Positions 9,775 to 19,763 of a DNA stretch of 64,000 nt are shown here, piece after piece. The stretch is taken from positions 6,462 to 70,461 of the forward strand of contig NZNM01000056.1 of the NCBI GenBank assembly GCA_002694885.1, given 5' to 3'. The notes under the pieces were generated by a model. It was given only the letters and a program-made list of their open reading frames with translations. It ran no database searches and had not been told where the DNA came from. Position numbers and translations under genes: made by a program. Each line of letters starts with the position of its first letter. The stretch's first letter is position 1. This DNA comes from Opitutaceae bacterium. GTDB lineage: Bacteria > Verrucomicrobiota > Verrucomicrobiia > Opitutales > Opitutaceae.

Positions 9775-10698
9775 ATGAGCTCAGCAGCCACATTGCCTCA
9801 GTTCTACTCATACGAGCATGCTCTCGATATGGATCGAGACCGCATAGGAACGCTCCGCGAATCAGCAGATGCGGCCGACGATTTCGTCGAGTTAAGGCGA
9901 CGGCTGGAAACGGATGGCTACCTTTTCATGAAGGGATACTTGTACAGGGAAGAGGTGCTGGCGGCGAGAGAGGAGATCGCTCGAGCCATGGCTTCGAAGA
10001 ACTTGTTGGATCCAGATTTTCCGGAAATGGATATGCGTTGCCGACCCGAGGCCTCGATGGAGTTCATGCCAGAGATCGCCGCTGCCTGTCCGCAGGTTCA
10101 AAAGGTGCTCTACTCCGGTCGCCTGATCGATTTCTACAAGGGGTTTTATGGGGAGTCGGTCAAACACTACGATTTCACTTGGCTCAGGGCGATGCCTCCC
10201 GGCAAAGGAACCAACCCTCACACCGATCTTCCTTACATGGGCCGGGGCACCCACAACCATATGACCTGTTGGATGCCTTACGGAGATATTCCTTACGACC
10301 TAGGTGGATTGATGATTTTGGAAGGCTCTCACCGTCGGATGGATCTCCTCAAAAACTACGTGTTTCGCGATGTGGACGCGTACTGCGAGAACAAACCGGA
10401 GCAAAAGCAGCGGGCCGAAGAGGGAAAGTGGACCTTCACGGGGACGCTTTCCCACAATCCGCCTCGGGTTCGGGATAAGTTCGGGGGAAGGTGGCTGACT
10501 TCCGAGTTCGAAGCGGGAGATTTCCTCACTTTCGGCATGTTTGTGGTGCACGCGGCCGTAGACAATCGGTCCGATAACGTATTTCGAGTTTCCAGTGACA
10601 GTCGTTATCAGAGGGCAAGTGAGCCTATAGACGATCGGTGGGTCGGCGAGAATCCGCCCGGCCACTCGACAGCGGGCAAGCGTGGCCGCATTTGCTAG
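9775..10698 (+). CDS. Phytanoyl-CoA dioxygenase (PhyH) family Fe(II)/2-oxoglutarate-type dioxygenase
   Basis: HxD (PHTDLPY), distal His (VHAAVDN), R-x-S (RVSSDSRY), TCWMPYGD..GGLMILEGSH pattern. Confidence 0.9.
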   Translation: MSSAATLPQFYSYEHALDMDRDRIGTLRESADAADDFVELRRRLETDGYLFMKGYLYREEVLAAREEIARAMASKNLLDPDFPEMDMRCRPEASMEFMPEIAAACPQVQKVLYSGRLIDFYKGFYGESVKHYDFTWLRAMPPGKGTNPHTDLPYMGRGTHNHMTCWMPYGDIPYDLGGLMILEGSHRRMDLLKNYVFRDVDAYCENKPEQKQRAEEGKWTFTGTLSHNPPRVRDKFGGRWLTSEFEAGDFLTFGMFVVHAAVDNRSDNVFRVSSDSRYQRASEPIDDRWVGENPPGHSTAGKRGRIC

Positions 10699-10725
10699 AT
10701 CGCTTTCGATACGATACAGATTATC

Positions 10726-12045
10726 ATGCCTCAAGCGACATCATCTAGCCAAGCGGATTCCCGCGGTTCCAGGCGTATGGCTGCGGTAGGATCCGCGGTC
10801 AAAGGCCTCCGGGCTCTTTTCGAAGTGGAGCGAGAGATCGTGCGTTGCCTCACGACCTTCATCTATCGAGTTGGCGATATCGAATTAAAGTATTTGCTTT
10901 GCCAGCACGTTTGGGAATCGGCGGGGCATGCTCGGTTCATTCGAGAGCGCGGAAACGAGTTGGGCAGTTTTGGCAAGAACGAGGCGGCCCGTGAGGAGAT
11001 AAGGCGCATATTTGAAGAATCGATACGGGTTGACGATGAGATCGAAGGATTGGCTGCGTTCTACAGAGTCGTCAAAGGAGAGCTTTTATACGCGTATCGA
11101 AAATATTTGGACATAACGCATTCATTGGCTGATTGGCCCTCTCGCAAATTGGTTGAGGAATTCATTCAAGACGAAGAGAGGCATCAAGCTGAGATACAGC
11201 CATATATTGATTCTGCGGAGGACGCGGCCTGGGTTCAGCGATTGCGACTAGCCTTGAGTTCTCAAGGCGGTTGGCTCGGAGTCCTACCCAAAACCGAATC
11301 GCCGGACGATTTCAATTGGCGTTGGCCTGATTTGCCTTATCGCCATCCGGATACCTGCAACAGAGGCGATTATCCTGTGTGTTCCAGCGTTTTTGGATAC
11401 GATCCGGATGAATTCCCGATTTGTCGCGATTGGCTGGAGGATCCGAAAACTGATGCCCGAATCATTCGTCTAATGATCTATGTATGGCTAATGATGGAGC
11501 TCGACGCGGTCGATTACCTGTCGACGGTGTTCTATGAAACTCCGGATGCTCCTTTCGATCTCCATTACGATTTGGCCAGGCACTTGTGGGACGAGTCTCG
11601 CCATAGCGCATTTGGATTCCGTCAACTGCCTAAACTGGGCGTTGACCTCACGACGCTCGAGCATTCGTTGAGTCTCTACAATGTATTGATCCAAATGACC
11701 CCGCCCGAGCGCTATGCCATGATGACAATGGAGTTTGAAGCGGGTAGCTTTGGGACCAAGGCTCACATCATGGATCGTGTGCGTGAATTGAGCGATTTCG
11801 AGGCTGACACACTCCTGGCTTTCGACCGAAATGACGAGCAGCAGCACGTTCGTTATGGCCACCGATGGCTGCCAGTGATTATGGAGCTCTTCGAGATTGA
11901 TAAACCTGTCGATGCCTTCGTTGAGGAGACGCGCAAGCGATTCCAAGAGCTGGAAAAGACTTACGGAAAAATAACGCCACACAGCCTTAGCAAAGAAAAG
12001 CGTCTTACTGCGAAGAAACTCGTTCAGCTTGCGGGAGTCGAATAG
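10726..12045 (+). CDS. Tandem ferritin-like (DUF455-like) di-iron protein
   Basis: Four ExxH motifs in two modules: WESAGH and DEERH (N-half), WDESRH and NDEQQH (C-half), each with upstream Glu helices. Confidence 0.75.
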   Translation: MPQATSSSQADSRGSRRMAAVGSAVKGLRALFEVEREIVRCLTTFIYRVGDIELKYLLCQHVWESAGHARFIRERGNELGSFGKNEAAREEIRRIFEESIRVDDEIEGLAAFYRVVKGELLYAYRKYLDITHSLADWPSRKLVEEFIQDEERHQAEIQPYIDSAEDAAWVQRLRLALSSQGGWLGVLPKTESPDDFNWRWPDLPYRHPDTCNRGDYPVCSSVFGYDPDEFPICRDWLEDPKTDARIIRLMIYVWLMMELDAVDYLSTVFYETPDAPFDLHYDLARHLWDESRHSAFGFRQLPKLGVDLTTLEHSLSLYNVLIQMTPPERYAMMTMEFEAGSFGTKAHIMDRVRELSDFEADTLLAFDRNDEQQHVRYGHRWLPVIMELFEIDKPVDAFVEETRKRFQELEKTYGKITPHSLSKEKRLTAKKLVQLAGVE

Positions 12046-12120
12046 AGAGATCCGTTCCCATCGATAGATAGAGCGAGATGCTCATAGAGTGTCTAGCTAG
12101 CCTCTTTACAAATGCCGAAT

Positions 12121-12417
12121 GGCAGGGCTGATTATCCTTAGTCAGCCGTGTCTGTGAACCTCTCCTAACACGGCTGATCCCGCAACTGCGCATGGACGTC
12201 AACTTGAGCTCGCCCAGAGGTCGAGCTCCACGTTTCATGCTCCGGACTAGGGGTGGAACGCGACGTCCCGGCGCGTTCTATTAGGCTGAAATCAGTTAGG
12301 TTGAAGCGATCCCGCGACAGTGCGTTTTTTGCCAGATATAGTTTGCGAGACCGTATGCTCATCTGTGGAATCAGTCCTACCTCCCAAAGTAGGTTGAAGC
12401 GCCATCTCCTGCGCTTT
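12121..12417. repeat. Mosaic of several REP-like hairpins
   Basis: 12121-12147 GCAGGGCTGATTATCCTTAGTCAGCC; 12206-12231 (GTGG on minus strand); 12253-12278 GTGGAACGCG...CGCGTTC; 12389-12417 GTAGGTTGAAGCGC...GCGCTTT. Confidence 0.7.
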
Positions 12418-12496
12418 GAGTTATAGCTTGGCGAGTTTTTACGGTAATCTGTCTACGCCTCTTGAAACGCTAGGGTCTTAGCCGCAACTTCGGGGT

Positions 12497-13228
12497 ATGG
12501 GAGCGTCGAGAGTCGAAAATTCCAAACCTCATCCATGGGGCCGTTACGCCGAGCTGAGACCAGAGCAGATTTCTTCGATTCGAGAGCAGAGCAACATCGC
12601 GTTTGTTCCGTGGGGCGCCCTCGAGTGGCATTGCCAGCACGCTCCAATAGGATTGGACTCGACGAAGGCGGAGGGTATCTGTCTGGCAATCGCTCGAAGA
12701 GTCGGGGGAGTGGTGCTTCCAGCCATTCCCATGGGAGTCAATACGATCAAGCCATTTAAAGGCTTTCCTCATTCGATCGATTTCTCGGGCGATCTCGTCG
12801 CTGAGGTCGCTGCTGCCTTCTGCAATCAGCTAGCGGATGAGGGGTTCCAGATAGTCGTCCTGCTTACCGGTCACTATCCTCCGGAGCATGTGGCAGCCCT
12901 GGAAGAGGGAGCCAGCAAGGCTAGGGAGGCGTACCCAGATATTGATTTCATAGTCTGGGCGGATAATGAGCTTATGGGAGAGGCCTACAAAGGTGATCAT
13001 GCAGGGGCGACGGAAACTTCCTTTCAACTGCTCTTCGATCCATCGAATGTCGACCTAGAATCTTTGCCTGATCGTCCCCTGACGCTAGATGGCGATGGTG
13101 TTATGGGTGAAGATCCGAGAGACGCCTCCGAGGAACGGGGGCGTAGGCAGCTGACCATCGCAGTAGCCGCTGCGGTTGCCCAGATAGAGGCAATTCGCGA
13201 CAACGAGGATACCAATAAATCGCAATGA
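12497..13228 (+). CDS. Creatininase / creatinine amidohydrolase family protein
   Basis: GALEWHCQHAPIGLD, LTGHYPPE and DHAGATETS metal-binding motifs. Confidence 0.9.
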   Translation: MGASRVENSKPHPWGRYAELRPEQISSIREQSNIAFVPWGALEWHCQHAPIGLDSTKAEGICLAIARRVGGVVLPAIPMGVNTIKPFKGFPHSIDFSGDLVAEVAAAFCNQLADEGFQIVVLLTGHYPPEHVAALEEGASKAREAYPDIDFIVWADNELMGEAYKGDHAGATETSFQLLFDPSNVDLESLPDRPLTLDGDGVMGEDPRDASEERGRRQLTIAVAAAVAQIEAIRDNEDTNKSQ

Positions 13229-14187
13229 AGCTGAGACCTTTGGGAGAGACGGGTATGGAGTGCTCCGAAATTGGGTTGGGCACCTGGGCGTTGGGGAGCG
13301 GCGTTTATGGAGAAGTCGAACGAAACGAGGCTCATAACCTGATCAGCCAGGCTCTAGATTTGGGTATTAACTTTTTCGACACAGCGCCTCTTTACGGGAA
13401 TAAGAACGAAGATGGCGTCGCGGAGGTAGTGCTAGGGGAAGGTTTGGGGATACGCAAAGATCAGGCAATTATTTCTACCAAGTTCGGTCGAACAGCTCGT
13501 AAGGTCATGCCCCCGCGATTCAATGCGGTTGAAGCTAAGCGGTCATGTGATGAGAGCTTGAAGCGCTTGGGACGCGATTGGATTGATCTGCTCTTTTTTC
13601 ATTCACCTTTTGAAGCGGGCGAGATCGAGGACGACGTTTGGCAAGCTCTCGCGGAGCTAAAGGAAGCCGGAAAAATCCGATTCATTGGCCATTCGGTTTC
13701 CATGTATGATGATACCAAGGCCCTCTCTGAGCAATGGATGTCTGAGCGAAAGATAGACGCTATCCAGGTCGTGTTGAGTCCCTTCAACCGAGAAACCCGT
13801 CCACTAGTCGAGACCGCGGCCAAGTTGGGTCGGGCAGTTGTCGCCAGGGAGTGCATGGCCAACGGATTTCTTAGTGGCCAGATTCGTAAAGACACGGTTT
13901 TCCCGGAGGGTAGCCTCAATGCCAGGTATTCCAGGGAAGAGATTGCCGAACGGGTGGAATACGCCTCCGCTCTTTCGGAATGCCTAGTATCCGGTGAGAT
14001 CACTTCGCTCCCCCAGGCAGCTTATCGTTGGACCTTGGATCAGCCTGGAGTGTCGCTCGCCTTGGCTGGAGCTAGGAGCGTGGATGAATTGATGGATGGA
14101 ATCAGGGCTTCTCAGGCAGAAGCGTACACTTCGGAAACTCTCGAAGCTTCAGAAGTGATTCACAAAAAGGAGTTTAGCCCTGCTTAG
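13225..14187 (+). CDS. Aldo/keto reductase
   Basis: SEIGLGTW, FFDTAPLYG, IISTKFG, SLKRLGRDWIDLLFFH; overlaps the upstream stop (ATGA). Confidence 0.95.
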   Translation: MKLRPLGETGMECSEIGLGTWALGSGVYGEVERNEAHNLISQALDLGINFFDTAPLYGNKNEDGVAEVVLGEGLGIRKDQAIISTKFGRTARKVMPPRFNAVEAKRSCDESLKRLGRDWIDLLFFHSPFEAGEIEDDVWQALAELKEAGKIRFIGHSVSMYDDTKALSEQWMSERKIDAIQVVLSPFNRETRPLVETAAKLGRAVVARECMANGFLSGQIRKDTVFPEGSLNARYSREEIAERVEYASALSECLVSGEITSLPQAAYRWTLDQPGVSLALAGARSVDELMDGIRASQAEAYTSETLEASEVIHKKEFSPA

Positions 14188-14402
14188 AGGGTGCTCTGGG
14201 TGGGTTTGCCCTCTGTCCGCCGAAATTTGCCAGTAATTCCGTGTCTGGTTTACCGGAAAAACAGCTTTTTGATGACCAGCGGCCGAACCGCTCTAAGGTT
14301 TTCTGCAACGATGGGTGGGCTTCTCCTAATGATTACTCGATCCAATTGCTAGGTCAGCGATAATCGGGAAGAAATTTTTCCAGTTTGTCGTTGAACCCTT
14401 TC

Positions 14403-15701
14403 ATGGCCTCCAAGCACGCTGAACCCACTCCAATTAGACCCAATCCTCCCTTCAAAGTGGGATTGATAGGGGTTACCGGCTACGGATACGACTATTTCAA
14501 GTGCCTATCGAAACTGGTTGAACAGGGTCGCATCGAATGGGGGGCTGTTACGATAATCAACCCGGATGAGGCAAGGGAGCAGATTCAGATTTTCGAGAGC
14601 TTAGGCGTCCCTATCTACGCTGACTACCGGCAGATGCTCAAGATGGAAAGCCGAGCTTTAGACTGGGTTTGCATCCCCACTGGGATCGGTTTCCACAAGC
14701 AGATGGCAGTCGATTGCCTCAAACTGGGTCTGCAGACTCTCGTGGAGAAGCCCTTGGCCCCAGTCTTGCAAGAGGTCGAGGCTATACAGGATGCGGAGAG
14801 GGAAGCGAACATCGTGGCATCGGTTGGTTTTCAGCACACTTACGTCGAGGATACCTGGAAGATCAAAAAGCGCTTGCTGGAAGGGGCGATTGGCCAAGTA
14901 CAGCGAGTGGATTGCCTAGGGCTCTGGCCGCGATCCAGGGATTACTACCACCGAAACGAATGGGCCGGTAAACTGCGAGTAGGGGATTCCTGGATTCTGG
15001 ATTCGCCTTTCCATAACGGACTTTCCCACCTGGTTAATCTAATTCTTTTTTGGCTGGGGGATACTTTGGAATCAGGGGCAGATCCGAAACAAATCAGCGC
15101 CGAACTCTATCGCGCCAAAGATATCGAGTCTTTTGATACAGTGCGTACCGTGGCGACGACGGAAAGCGGCGTGGAAGCGGCGGTCACCGTTTCTCATAGC
15201 TCACTGCATAACATCGACCCGGAGATTCGGATTACTGGTACCGAAGGTCAATTGCTCTGGCGGTATAGCGGGGCGCATTCGCTAGTGAGCGACAATGGTT
15301 CCGAGACGATCGTATCCTCGAATCCAGTCGAAATCCGAGCGCTCATGTTTGATGCCGTTGTCGACCGAATAGGGGGCGCCAAGTCCCGAAACTGTTCGAC
15401 CAGGTTAGCGAAAGGCGTTTGCAAGTGGGCTAACGCTATTCACGACACCTGCCCGATTGAAGATATTCCTGATAGATTTCGAGTTAAGGTATCCAGCGAG
15501 AACGGCGAAGCTTTCGACGCTATCGATAATCTAGAATACATCGCCCTTAAAGCCCACAACGAAGGCATTTCCCTAAAGGCGGCGGGGGCGCCTTGGGCTA
15601 TAGAGCCGTTGGTTCGCGACGTAAGCGACTACAGAGAGTTTGAAGGAAAGCTCTGTCACCCGGTTGATGGAAAGGGCAAGATTGTCGAAATTTCCTCCTA
15701 G
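14403..15701 (+). CDS. Gfo/Idh/MocA family oxidoreductase
   Basis: VGLIGVTGYG Rossmann fold, IPTGIGFH, LVEKPLA, VGFQH. Confidence 0.92.
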   Translation: MASKHAEPTPIRPNPPFKVGLIGVTGYGYDYFKCLSKLVEQGRIEWGAVTIINPDEAREQIQIFESLGVPIYADYRQMLKMESRALDWVCIPTGIGFHKQMAVDCLKLGLQTLVEKPLAPVLQEVEAIQDAEREANIVASVGFQHTYVEDTWKIKKRLLEGAIGQVQRVDCLGLWPRSRDYYHRNEWAGKLRVGDSWILDSPFHNGLSHLVNLILFWLGDTLESGADPKQISAELYRAKDIESFDTVRTVATTESGVEAAVTVSHSSLHNIDPEIRITGTEGQLLWRYSGAHSLVSDNGSETIVSSNPVEIRALMFDAVVDRIGGAKSRNCSTRLAKGVCKWANAIHDTCPIEDIPDRFRVKVSSENGEAFDAIDNLEYIALKAHNEGISLKAAGAPWAIEPLVRDVSDYREFEGKLCHPVDGKGKIVEISS

Positions 15702-15763
15702 TCCGTATTTAGAGCCCTAATGCGGTTGCCAAATCAAAACGCGTCTGGCTACGCTCGACAAGT

Positions 15764-17035
15764 ATGATGAATAGAAAGGCTTTCATCGGCGCGCTCGGAT
15801 TGGCGGCGCCTACGGTTTTCACCGCTTCGTGCAAACGGAAAGAGGACTCCTCGAAAGCGTTGCCAGCTTTCGACGAGAGTCAGCCCCAAAGCTTTTGGCA
15901 AGCGGTTCAGGGTCAGTTTACATTGAGGGAAAATCGCGCTTACTTGAACTGCGGTGGTCTAGGTCCAGCTCCAAAAGTCGTTCAAGACAAAGTTGTTTCC
16001 AAGATGAGGGAGCTGCAATCCGTCTCGGAATCCGGTCATTCCATCCTCGGTGAAACCAGAAAGGTGGCTGCCCGATTTTTCGGATCAAGCGAAGACGAAA
16101 TCTGCTTCACTCGCAACGCGACGGAATCGAATTCGATCATCGCTTCTGGCATTCCGATGCAGGCTGGCGACGAGGTGATTTTCGAATCCCATGCTCACCC
16201 AGGTGGATCGTTTCCTTGGCTTAATCGGCAGAATATGGATGGGATTCGAGTAAAAGTATTCGATCCAGACCCGAGCTCTATGGATAATACGCTAAACCGT
16301 ATCAATGACTTAATTACGGATCGAACAAAAGCCATTCAAGTGAGCCATATCACGGCTCCGACAGGGATTCTCTTGGATGTGGAGGCGATTGGAAAGCTGG
16401 CTGAGGAAAAGGGGCTGTGGTTTCACGTGGATGGGGCCCAAAGCGCTGGCATGATACCGATCGACTTCGCCAATATGAAATGCCATTCCTACGCAACGAG
16501 CGGCCACAAGTGGATGGGGGGACCGCGTGGCACCGGTTTATTGCTAGTGCGCCAAGACAGGATCGAGTCTGTTGTATCCTGGCACGTGGGAGCTTACTCA
16601 GAGTCCGAGTTTGGATTGCCCGACCGGTTCAAATTGCGTCCAACGGCGCTCAGATTCGAATACGGTACCCGCAACTCGGAACTGATTGCTGGATTGGGGG
16701 CAGCTATGGAATTTCAAGAATCCATTGGTAAGGACAGGATTGATGAACGGTCGTCGTATTTGGCCAACAGGCTACGCGAGCAATTGGAGAAGATCGACAG
16801 CATAACGGTGCTTACTCCTAAAGATGCGTCCATGCGGCGGGCCATTACCACGTTCCGAAGCGACCGAATGGATTTCGACGAAATAAATAACAGATTGTCG
16901 CGCGAGTACTCGCTTCGCTGTAGGCGAGTGACCGAAGTAGGCCTGAACGCGGTACGCGTCTCGACCCACATTTTCAACAGCGAGCAGGACTGCGATCGAG
17001 TAGCCGAAGCAGTCGCTAAAATCGTGGTAGGGTAG
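15764..17035 (+). CDS. Aminotransferase class V / cysteine desulfurase / isopenicillin-N epimerase-like PLP enzyme with a Tat-like (lipo)protein signal
   Basis: YLNCGGLG, TRNATES, HVDGAQ, SGHKWMGGPRGTG (PLP lysine); N-terminus NRKAFIG...ASC. Confidence 0.88.
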   Translation: MMNRKAFIGALGLAAPTVFTASCKRKEDSSKALPAFDESQPQSFWQAVQGQFTLRENRAYLNCGGLGPAPKVVQDKVVSKMRELQSVSESGHSILGETRKVAARFFGSSEDEICFTRNATESNSIIASGIPMQAGDEVIFESHAHPGGSFPWLNRQNMDGIRVKVFDPDPSSMDNTLNRINDLITDRTKAIQVSHITAPTGILLDVEAIGKLAEEKGLWFHVDGAQSAGMIPIDFANMKCHSYATSGHKWMGGPRGTGLLLVRQDRIESVVSWHVGAYSESEFGLPDRFKLRPTALRFEYGTRNSELIAGLGAAMEFQESIGKDRIDERSSYLANRLREQLEKIDSITVLTPKDASMRRAITTFRSDRMDFDEINNRLSREYSLRCRRVTEVGLNAVRVSTHIFNSEQDCDRVAEAVAKIVVG

Positions 17036-17064
17036 TTATTTGTTCGATACCTGAAAACCGCTTA

Positions 17065-17616
17065 CTACGGCTCCACTTGAACGATCATTTCGACTTCCAC
17101 CGCTGATCCCAGGGGTAATGAGCTAAAGCCGCTGGCGGCTCGAGCATGCCGGCCCTTTTCGCCGAACACTTCGACCAGGAGATCGGAACAGCCATTAATT
17201 ACTTGGGAGTGCCCAGTGAAGGAGTCGGTAGCGTTGACCATGCCGAATACCTTGAGAACGCGTTTTACTTTGGAGAGATCGCCAATCTCCGCTTTCAAAG
17301 TCGCCAGCAATCCGACCCCGCATAGTCGAGCGGCGTTGTATCCATCTTCTACAGATAGATCTGCACCGACTTTGCCAACTACCAGCGAGCCATCCGCTTT
17401 CCTTGGGATGTGCCCCGATAGAAAGACTACGTTACCCATACGAGTGGCTCCCACGTAGTTAGCGATCGATTTGGCTGGAATTGGCAGCTCGATGCCAAGC
17501 TCTTTCAGCTTATCTTCCGGGCTGGCTGCTAGTAGAGCGTTACTGGGACAAAGAACTAAGGCCAGGAAAGCGAAAATTGAAAGGCGGCGGAGGGCTATGA
17601 ATTTGAATCGGCGCAT
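17065..17616 (-). CDS. RidA/YjgF/UK114 superfamily protein with an N-terminal signal peptide
   Basis: KLKELGIELP, VFLSGHIP, INGCSDLL..VFG..GRHARAASG..LP.G.AVEVE. Confidence 0.92.
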   Translation of the reverse strand: MRRFKFIALRRLSIFAFLALVLCPSNALLAASPEDKLKELGIELPIPAKSIANYVGATRMGNVVFLSGHIPRKADGSLVVGKVGADLSVEDGYNAARLCGVGLLATLKAEIGDLSKVKRVLKVFGMVNATDSFTGHSQVINGCSDLLVEVFGEKGRHARAASGFSSLPLGSAVEVEMIVQVEP

Positions 17617-17839
17617 GATTTTGTGAAATTGGTCAAATCTTCGAGGACCGTCAACTGACTATCAATTACTATTGGGTAAAGAATCAAACCTTTTTGCATG
17701 TGGTATAATTGGCTTTTCGCAATAATGCAGCCATTCGACGGGTGGACGATCCGTCTAGTGCAGGAGGGCTAATAGACTCTCTTGGATGGTCAGCCTTGCC
17801 ATCGGAAAAACTCGATATCCACTTTCGATTCCATATCGT

Positions 17840-19753
17840 CTAGTTTGAAAGAACACTGTCCGAAATGCTTACCGTATTGAAGTCTAGGGTACGCTTTAAA
17901 CGCCCATGGGTTATATCCAGTATTCGAGATCCTTTTTCCGCATTGAGGTAGGGTCCCTCAAAAAGTTTCCATTTACTGTAGTCGATTGTTCTGCCATTCA
18001 CTTGCGGAGCCGATCCGTACCGGGATTCCAGCCTAGCTCCTCGGAACGTCCGCAGGGATACCTGGGGCGTTGGCTCAAGCTCGAATGTCAGGCTCTGGTT
18101 CTTGATAGCGGATTTGAAGGCGTCGAAATCCGCGAATTCGGAAACCGAAGCGGCTTGGGCGATGGTCCCGTTCTTGTTTCCGGGGCTGATTAATACCTGG
18201 CTGCCCGACGCGACCCGTTCATATTGGTAGCCATTTCCAGTCGACGGCAGTCGCTTGTAAGCCATGTGGGCTTCCCATCGATAGTCGGCCATGGGAAAGT
18301 AGGCGAGATAAGCATTTTCTCCACGGGCGAAAATCCATCCTGATTCATCCTCTTCGAGATCCTCCAGGTCCTTGGAGAAAAAGCCGTTCACTTGCTCGAA
18401 TCTCGTTCCCTGAGGAATGTCATAGAGGGCGATAATCGTGTCCTCATGTTGAAAAACTTTTTCGTAGGGCGAGCAGCCCACGAGCTTGTCTGCCACGTCG
18501 TATGAGGGCTTCCCTTCGGCTGCCACGGCTTTAACCATGGTATCCGGCCTCACGTTGAAATAGGCCTGCATGGCCTTGTGCGACGAGTAGGGATGGATCG
18601 AAAACAATGTCGGATGCTTGCCTCGGGGATCGGGCGTGGCCCAGGTGATGTCCCAAACGTGCGACTGGATAGGATCGGCCATACCGCCTTGATAGGATCC
18701 CACTGCGTAGTCGTTTGTCATATACGTGGTTTTGTAGATGGGAGCTTTCCCGACGTCGCTGTACCGCCAACGGTGACGCGAACGTTTGAGGTCCCTTTGC
18801 GTAAAGCTCTGGTCGCGATCCATGCCGATGCGGTAGATCACCTCAGGAAGATGATAGTTAGCGGCAACGATAGCATAGTAGTTGCCCCAGCTGAATCCTC
18901 GGGTAGGCGGGCAGTTCCCGAAATTCAGCCAGGAAAAGAAAGAGCTGAGACTATTCCAGCGCTCAACTACCGAAGAGTCATCAGTGCGGGCGTTGGGGCC
19001 TCTTAAAACGCCGCTCAGGGTATTCGCAGCCAGCCCAGCGTAAAGAAAATCGAGGAACATCTGCCCGCGTAGTCGCATCTCTGGATCCTTGGCCCAGGAC
19101 TGAAGATAGATCATTGGAATGGCGTATTCACCGATGTAGTGGGTAGGATTGAATTCACCCTGTCCAATGGTGGTGGCGATGTTCATCCAGTCGATCAGGT
19201 AGTCGCGCGATTCTTCCAGGTTCTCCTCGGAGCTTTTGCCATTGTACCATTCCGTTCCGGGCTCGTTTGGGTAGAGCTCGGACATCAGGTAAAGCATGGT
19301 GTAGTACATGGCGAAATGGTTTTCCGTATCGCCTCGCAACTGGTACGATTCTTTCCAAGCGCGTCGAATCGCTTGACGGGCCTCATCGGATAGCTTCCCC
19401 CGTCCCATGAAGGCGACGCAAGTCGTAGGCAGCATCCAAAATGGACCAGAACCCGGATTCTCCATGAGTTCTATTACCCGAGCGTTGCAAGCCTCGATGT
19501 TTTGGTTTAGTAGAAGATTTGCGGATACAGAAGCCATATCCATTTTCTCGGCATCGCCTCGCTCAACGATGCCGGCTCGCCATTCGATGACCTCATTGAC
19601 TCGGTCCAGGTATGCGGCCCTGCGTTGCATCGGATCTTCTACGATCTCCAAGCTCGGGTGAGGACCTTCGTAGGAAGGTTGCGCCATGGCGAGGGCGCCT
19701 ATGGTAGTCGAGGCGAGAATGCGGACGAATTTCTCGAGATGGAAAAGGCTCAT
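17840..19753 (-). CDS. Secreted hypothetical protein, paralog A (RGDTENH family; possibly alpha/alpha-toroid lyase-like)
   Basis: Signal peptide from MSLFHLEK; shares many motifs with 23038..24966. Start moved so as not to overlap the BNR gene. Confidence 0.7.
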   Translation of the reverse strand: MSLFHLEKFVRILASTTIGALAMAQPSYEGPHPSLEIVEDPMQRRAAYLDRVNEVIEWRAGIVERGDAEKMDMASVSANLLLNQNIEACNARVIELMENPGSGPFWMLPTTCVAFMGRGKLSDEARQAIRRAWKESYQLRGDTENHFAMYYTMLYLMSELYPNEPGTEWYNGKSSEENLEESRDYLIDWMNIATTIGQGEFNPTHYIGEYAIPMIYLQSWAKDPEMRLRGQMFLDFLYAGLAANTLSGVLRGPNARTDDSSVVERWNSLSSFFSWLNFGNCPPTRGFSWGNYYAIVAANYHLPEVIYRIGMDRDQSFTQRDLKRSRHRWRYSDVGKAPIYKTTYMTNDYAVGSYQGGMADPIQSHVWDITWATPDPRGKHPTLFSIHPYSSHKAMQAYFNVRPDTMVKAVAAEGKPSYDVADKLVGCSPYEKVFQHEDTIIALYDIPQGTRFEQVNGFFSKDLEDLEEDESGWIFARGENAYLAYFPMADYRWEAHMAYKRLPSTGNGYQYERVASGSQVLISPGNKNGTIAQAASVSEFADFDAFKSAIKNQSLTFELEPTPQVSLRTFRGARLESRYGSAPQVNGRTIDYSKWKLFEGPYLNAEKGSRILDITHGRLKRTLDFNTVSISDSVLSN

Positions 19754-19763
19754 GCGGAAATCG

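Noticed and set aside
12121-12417. CRISPR array
   Set aside because: Units differ in sequence and orientation, spacing is irregular and there are no cas genes.
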